The position numbers and the translations under genes were made by a program. Of a DNA stretch of 64,000 nt, positions 58,280-64,000 are shown one piece after another. Source of the stretch: Octopus vulgaris (lineage: Eukaryota); the NCBI GenBank assembly GCA_951406725.2, contig OX597835.1, positions 13,950,001-14,014,000 of the forward strand. Reading direction: 5' to 3'. The first letter of the stretch is position 1. Each line of letters opens with the position of its first letter. The notes beneath the pieces were generated by a model that was not told where the DNA came from, searched no databases, and saw only the letters and a list, made by a program, of their open reading frames with translations.

Positions 58280-61200
58280 ATGATGGTGATGGTGATGATG
58301 TTAGTGAATGATGATGATGATGGTGATGATGTTAGTGAATGATGATGATGATGGTGATGATGTTAGTGAATGATGATGATGATGGTGATGATGTTAGTGA
58401 ATGATGATGGTGATGGTGATGATGTTAGTGAATGATGATGGTGATGGTGATGATGTTAGTGAATGATGATGATGATGGTGATGATGTTAGTGAATGATGA
58501 TGATGATGGTGATGATGTTAGTGAATGATGATGATGATGGTGATGATGTTAGTGAATGATGATGGTGATGGTGATGATGTTAGTGAATGATGATGATGAT
58601 GGTGATGATGTTAGTGAATGATGATGATGATGGTGATGATGTTAGTGAATGATGATGATGATGGTGATGATGTTAGTGAATGATGATGATGATGGTGATG
58701 ATGTTAGTGAATGATGATGGTGATGATGTTAGTGAATGATGATGGTGATGGTGATGATGTTAGTGAATGATGATGGTGATGGTGATGATGTTAGTGAATG
58801 ATGATGATGATGGTGATGATGTTAGTGAATGATGATGATGATGGTGATGATGTTAGTGAATGATGATGATGATGGTGATGATGTTAGTGAATGATGATGG
58901 TGATGGTGATGATGTTAGTGAATGATGATGATGATGGTGATGATGTTAGTGAATGATGATGATGATGGTGATGATGTTAGTGAATGATGATGATGATGGT
59001 GATGATGTTAGTGAATGATGATGATGATGGTGATGATGTTAGTGAATGATGATGGTGATGGTGATGATGTTAGTGAATGATGATGATGATGGTGATGATG
59101 TTAGTGAATGATGATGATGATGGTGATGATGTTAGTGAATGATGATGGTGATGGTGATGATGTTAGTGAATGATGATGGTGATGGTGATGATGTTAGTGA
59201 ATGATGATGATGATGGTGATGATGTTAGTGAATGATGATGATGATGGTGATGATGTTAGTGAATGATGATGGTGATGGTGATGATGTTAGTGAATGATGA
59301 TGATGATGGTGATGATGTTAGTGAATGATGATGGTGATGGTGATGATGTTAGTGAATGATGATGATGATGGTGATGATGTTAGTGAATGATGATGGTGAT
59401 GGTGATGATGTTAGTGAATGATGATGATGATGGTGATGATGTTAGTGAATGATGATGGTGATGGTGATGATGTTAGTGAATGATGATGATGATGGTGATG
59501 ATGTTAGTGAATGATGATGGTGATGGTGATGATGTTAGTGAATGATGATGATGATGGTGATGATGTTAGTGAATGATGATGATGATGGTGATGATGTTAG
59601 TGAATGATGATGGTGATGGTGATGATGTTAGTGAATGATGATGGTGATGGTGATGATGTTAGTGAATGATGATGATGATGGTGATGATGTTAGTGAATGA
59701 TGATGATGATGGTGATGATGTTAGTGAATGATGATGGTGATGGTGATGATGTTAGTGAATGATGATGGTGATGGTGATGATGTTAGTGAATGATGATGGT
59801 GATGGTGATGATGTTAGTGAATGATGATGATGATGGTGATGATGTTAGTGAATGATGATGATGATGGTGATGATGTTAGTGAATGATGATGATGATGGTG
59901 ATGATGTTAGTGAATGATGATGATGATGGTGATGATGTTAGTGAATGATGATGATGATGGTGATGATGTTTAGAGAATGATGATGATGATGGTGATGATG
60001 TTAGTGAATGATGATGGTGATGGTGATGATGTTAGTGAATGATGATGGTGATGGTGATGATGTTAGTGAATGATGATGGTGATGGTGATGATGTTAGTGA
60101 ATGATGATGGTGATGGTGATGATGTTAGTGAATGATGATGGTGATGGTGATGATGTTAGTGAATGATGATGGTGATGGTGATGATGTTAGTGAATGATGA
60201 TGGTGATGGTGATGATGTTAGTGAATGATGATGGTGATGGTGATGATGTTAGTGAATGATGATGATGATGGTGATGATGTTAGTGAATGATGATGGTGAT
60301 GGTGATGATGTTAGTGAATGATGATGGTGATGGTGATGATGTTAGTGAATGATGATGATGATGGTGATGATGTTAGTGAATGATGATGATGATGGTGATG
60401 ATGTTAGTGAATGATGATGATGATGGTGATGATGTTAGTGAATGATGATGATGATGGTGATGATGTTAGTGAATGATGATGATGATGGTGATGATGTTAG
60501 TGAATGATGATGATGATGGTGATGATGTTAGTGAATGATGATGATGATGGTGATGATGTTAGTGAATGATGATGGTGATGGTGATGATGTTAGTGAATGA
60601 TGATGGTGATGATGTTAGTGAATGATGATGATGATGGTGATGATGTTAGTGAATGATGATGATGATGGTGATGATGTTAGTGAATGATGATGATGATGGT
60701 GATGATGTTAGTGAATGATGATGATGATGGTGATGATGTTAGTGAATGATGATGATGATGGTGATGATGTTAGTGAATGATGATGGTGATGGTGATGATG
60801 TTAGTGAATGATGATGATGATGGTGATGATGTTAGTGAATGATGATGATGATGGTGATGATGTTAGTGAATGATGATGATGATGGTGATGATGTTAGTGA
60901 ATGATGATGATGATGGTGATGATGTTAGTGAATGATGATGATGATGGTGATGATGTTAGTGAATGATGATGATGATGGTGATGATGTTAGTGAATGATGA
61001 TGGTGATGGTGATGATGTTAGTGAATGATGATGATGATGGTGATGATGTTAGTGAATGATGATGATGATGGTGATGATGTTAGTGAATGATGATGATGAT
61101 GGTGATGATGTTAGTGAATGATGATGATGATGGTGATGATGTTAGTGAATGATGATGGTGATGGTGATGATGTTAGTGAATGATGATGATGATGGTGATG

Positions 61201-64000
61201 ATGTTAGTGAATGATGATGATGATGGTGATGATGTCAGTGAATGATGATGGTGATGGTGATGATGTCAGTGAATGATGATGATGATGGTGATGATGTTAG
61301 TGAATGATGATGATGATGGTGATGATGTTAGTGAATGATGATGATGATGGTGATGATGTTAGTGAATGATGATGGTGATGGTGATGATGTTAGTGAATGA
61401 TGATGATGATGGTGATGATGTTAGTGAATGATGATGATGATGGTGATGATGTTAGTGAATGATGATGGTGATGGTGATGATGTTAGTGAATGATGATGAT
61501 GATGGTGATGATGTTAGTGAATGATGATGATGTTAGTGAATGATGATGATGATGTGATGATGTTAGTGAATGATGATGATGATGGTGATGATGTTAGTGA
61601 ATGATGATGATGATGATGATGTTAGTGAATGATGATGATGATGATGTGTTAGTGAATGATGATGATGATGGTGATGATGTCAGTGAATGATGATGGTGAT
61701 GGTGATGATGTTAGTGAATGATGATGATGATGGTGATGATGTTAGTGAATGATGATGGTGATGGTGATGATGTTAGTGAATGATGATGGTGATGGTGATG
61801 ATGTTAGTGAATGATGATGATGATGGTGATGATGTTAGTGAATGATGATGATGATGGTGATGATGTTAGTGAATGATGATGGTGATGGTGATGATGTTAG
61901 TGAATGATGATGATGATGGTGATGATGTTAGTGAATGATGATGATGATGGTGATGATGTTAGTGAATGATGATGATGATGGTGATGATGTTAGTGAATGA
62001 TGATGGTGATGGTGATGATGTTAGTGAATGATGATGATGATGGTGATGATGTTAGTGAATGATGATGATGATGGTGATGATGTCAGTGAATGATGATGGT
62101 GATGGTGATGATGTTAGTGAATGATGATGATGATGGTGATGATGTTAGTGAATGATGATGATGATGGTGATGATGTTAGTGAATGATGATGATGATGGTG
62201 ATGATGTTAGTGAATGATGATGGTGATGGTGATGATGTTAGTGAATGATGATGATGATGGTGATGATGTTAGTGAATGATGATGGTGATGGTGATGATGT
62301 TAGTGAATGATGATGATGATGGTGATGATGTCAGTGAATGATGATGATGATGGTGATGATGTTAGTGAATGATGATGGTGATGGTGATGATGTTAGTGAA
62401 TGATGATGATGATGGTGATGATGTTAGTGAATGATGATGGTGATGGTGATGATGTTAGTGAATGATGATGGTGATGGTGATGATGTTAGTGAATGATGAT
62501 GATGATGGTGATGATGTTAGTGAATGATGATGGTGATGGTGATGATGTTAGTGAATGATGATGGTGATGGTGATGATGTTAGTGAATGATGATGATGATG
62601 GTGATGATGTTAGTGAATGATGATGGTGATGGTGATGATGTCAGTGAATGATGATGGTGATGGTGATGATGTTAGTGAATGATGATGATGATGATGTTAG
62701 TGAATGATGATGGTGATGGTGATGATGTCAGTGAATGATGATGGTGATGGTGATGATGTTAGTGAATGATGATGGTGATGGTGATGATGTCAGTGAATGA
62801 TGATGGTGATGGTGATGATGTTAGTGAATGATGATGATGATGGTGATGATGTCAGTGAATGATGATGGTGATGGTGATGATGTCAGTGAATGATGATGAT
62901 GATGGTGATGATGTCAGTGAATGATGATGATGATGTTGATGATGTTAGTGAATGATGATGGTGATGGTGATGATGTCAGTGAATGATGATGGTGATGGTG
63001 ATGATGTTAGTGAATGATGATGGTGATGGTGATGATGTTAGTGAATGATGATGATGATGGTGATGATGTTAGTGAATGATGATGATGATGGTGATGATGT
63101 TAGTGAATGATGATGATGATGGTGATGATGTTAGTGAATGATGATGATGATGGTGATGATGTTAGTGAATGATGATGATGATGGTGATGATGTTAGTGAA
63201 TGATGATGATGATGGTGATGATGTTAGTGAATGATGATGATGATGGTGATGATGTTAGTGAATGATGATGATGATGGTGATGATGTCAGTGGATGATGAT
63301 GATGATGGTGATGATGTTAGTGAATGATGATGGTGATGGTGATGATGTTAGTGAATGATGATGATGATGGTGATGATGTCAGTGGATGATGATGATGATG
63401 GTGATGATGTTAGTGAATGATGATGGTGATGGTGATGATGTTAGTGAATGATGATGATGATGGTGATGATGTTAGTGAATGATGATGGTGATGGTGATGA
63501 TGTTAGTGAATGATGATGATGATGGTGATGATGTTAGTGAATGATGATGATGATGGTGATGATGTTAGTGAATGATGATGATGATGGTGATGATGTTAGT
63601 GAATGATGATGATGATGGTGATGATGTTAGTGAATGATGATGATGATGGTGATGATGTTAGTGAATGATGATGATGATGGTGATGATGTCAGTGGATGAT
63701 GATGATGATGGTGATGATGTTAGTGAATGATGATGGTGATGGTGATGATGTTAGTGAATGATGATGATGATGGTGATGATGTTAGTGAATGATGATGATG
63801 ATGGTGATGATGTCAGTGAATGATGATGGTGATGGTGATGATGTTAGTGAATGATGATGATGATGGTGATGATGTTAGTGAATGATGATGGTGATGGTGA
63901 TGATGTTAGTGAATGATGATGATGATGGTGATGATGTTAGTGAATGATGATGATGATGGTGATGATGTTAGTGAATGATGATGATGATGGTGATGATGTT
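58280..64000. repeat. 31-bp satellite array, >5.7 kb, in an MFSD10 intron
   Basis: Unit gttagtgaatgatgatg(a/g)tgatggtgatgat; continues to the window end. Confidence 0.97.

Noticed and set aside
58280-64000. CRISPR-like appearance of the 31-bp array and the 26.6-kb repeats
   Set aside because: No unique spacers and no cas genes; eukaryotic satellites.

Overview
AT-rich, microsatellite-dense eukaryotic genomic DNA. The SINE complement and repeat landscape suggest an octopus or other cephalopod (inference, not a database match). The only confident host coding sequence is the last two exons of an MFSD10 (TETRAN-like MFS transporter) gene on the minus strand (58070-58207 and 54828-54940); the intron upstream of these exons holds a >5.7 kb 31-bp satellite that runs off the window. 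The rest is mobile DNA: several tRNA-derived SINE families (some in ~184-bp head-to-tail multimers), a near full-length but inactivated mariner, a maT-like relic, hAT-, piggyBac- and mariner-type MITEs, Helitron derivatives, CR1-, RTE- and R4/Dong-like LINE fragments, a Penelope-like relic and an initiator tRNA-Met pseudogene. The most notable signal is a dense set of at least 15 minimal type-I hammerhead ribozyme motifs in several unrelated non-coding elements, nearly all inserted in (TA)n or (AAT)n tracts. They include two retrozyme-like units with terminal redundancy (362-nt and 562-nt periods), a perfect 118-bp palindrome carrying a hammerhead on each strand, and a family that joins a tRNA-derived Pol III head to a hammerhead-bearing body with Penelope-style inverted arms. 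Almost all ORFs in the supplied track are microsatellite artefacts.
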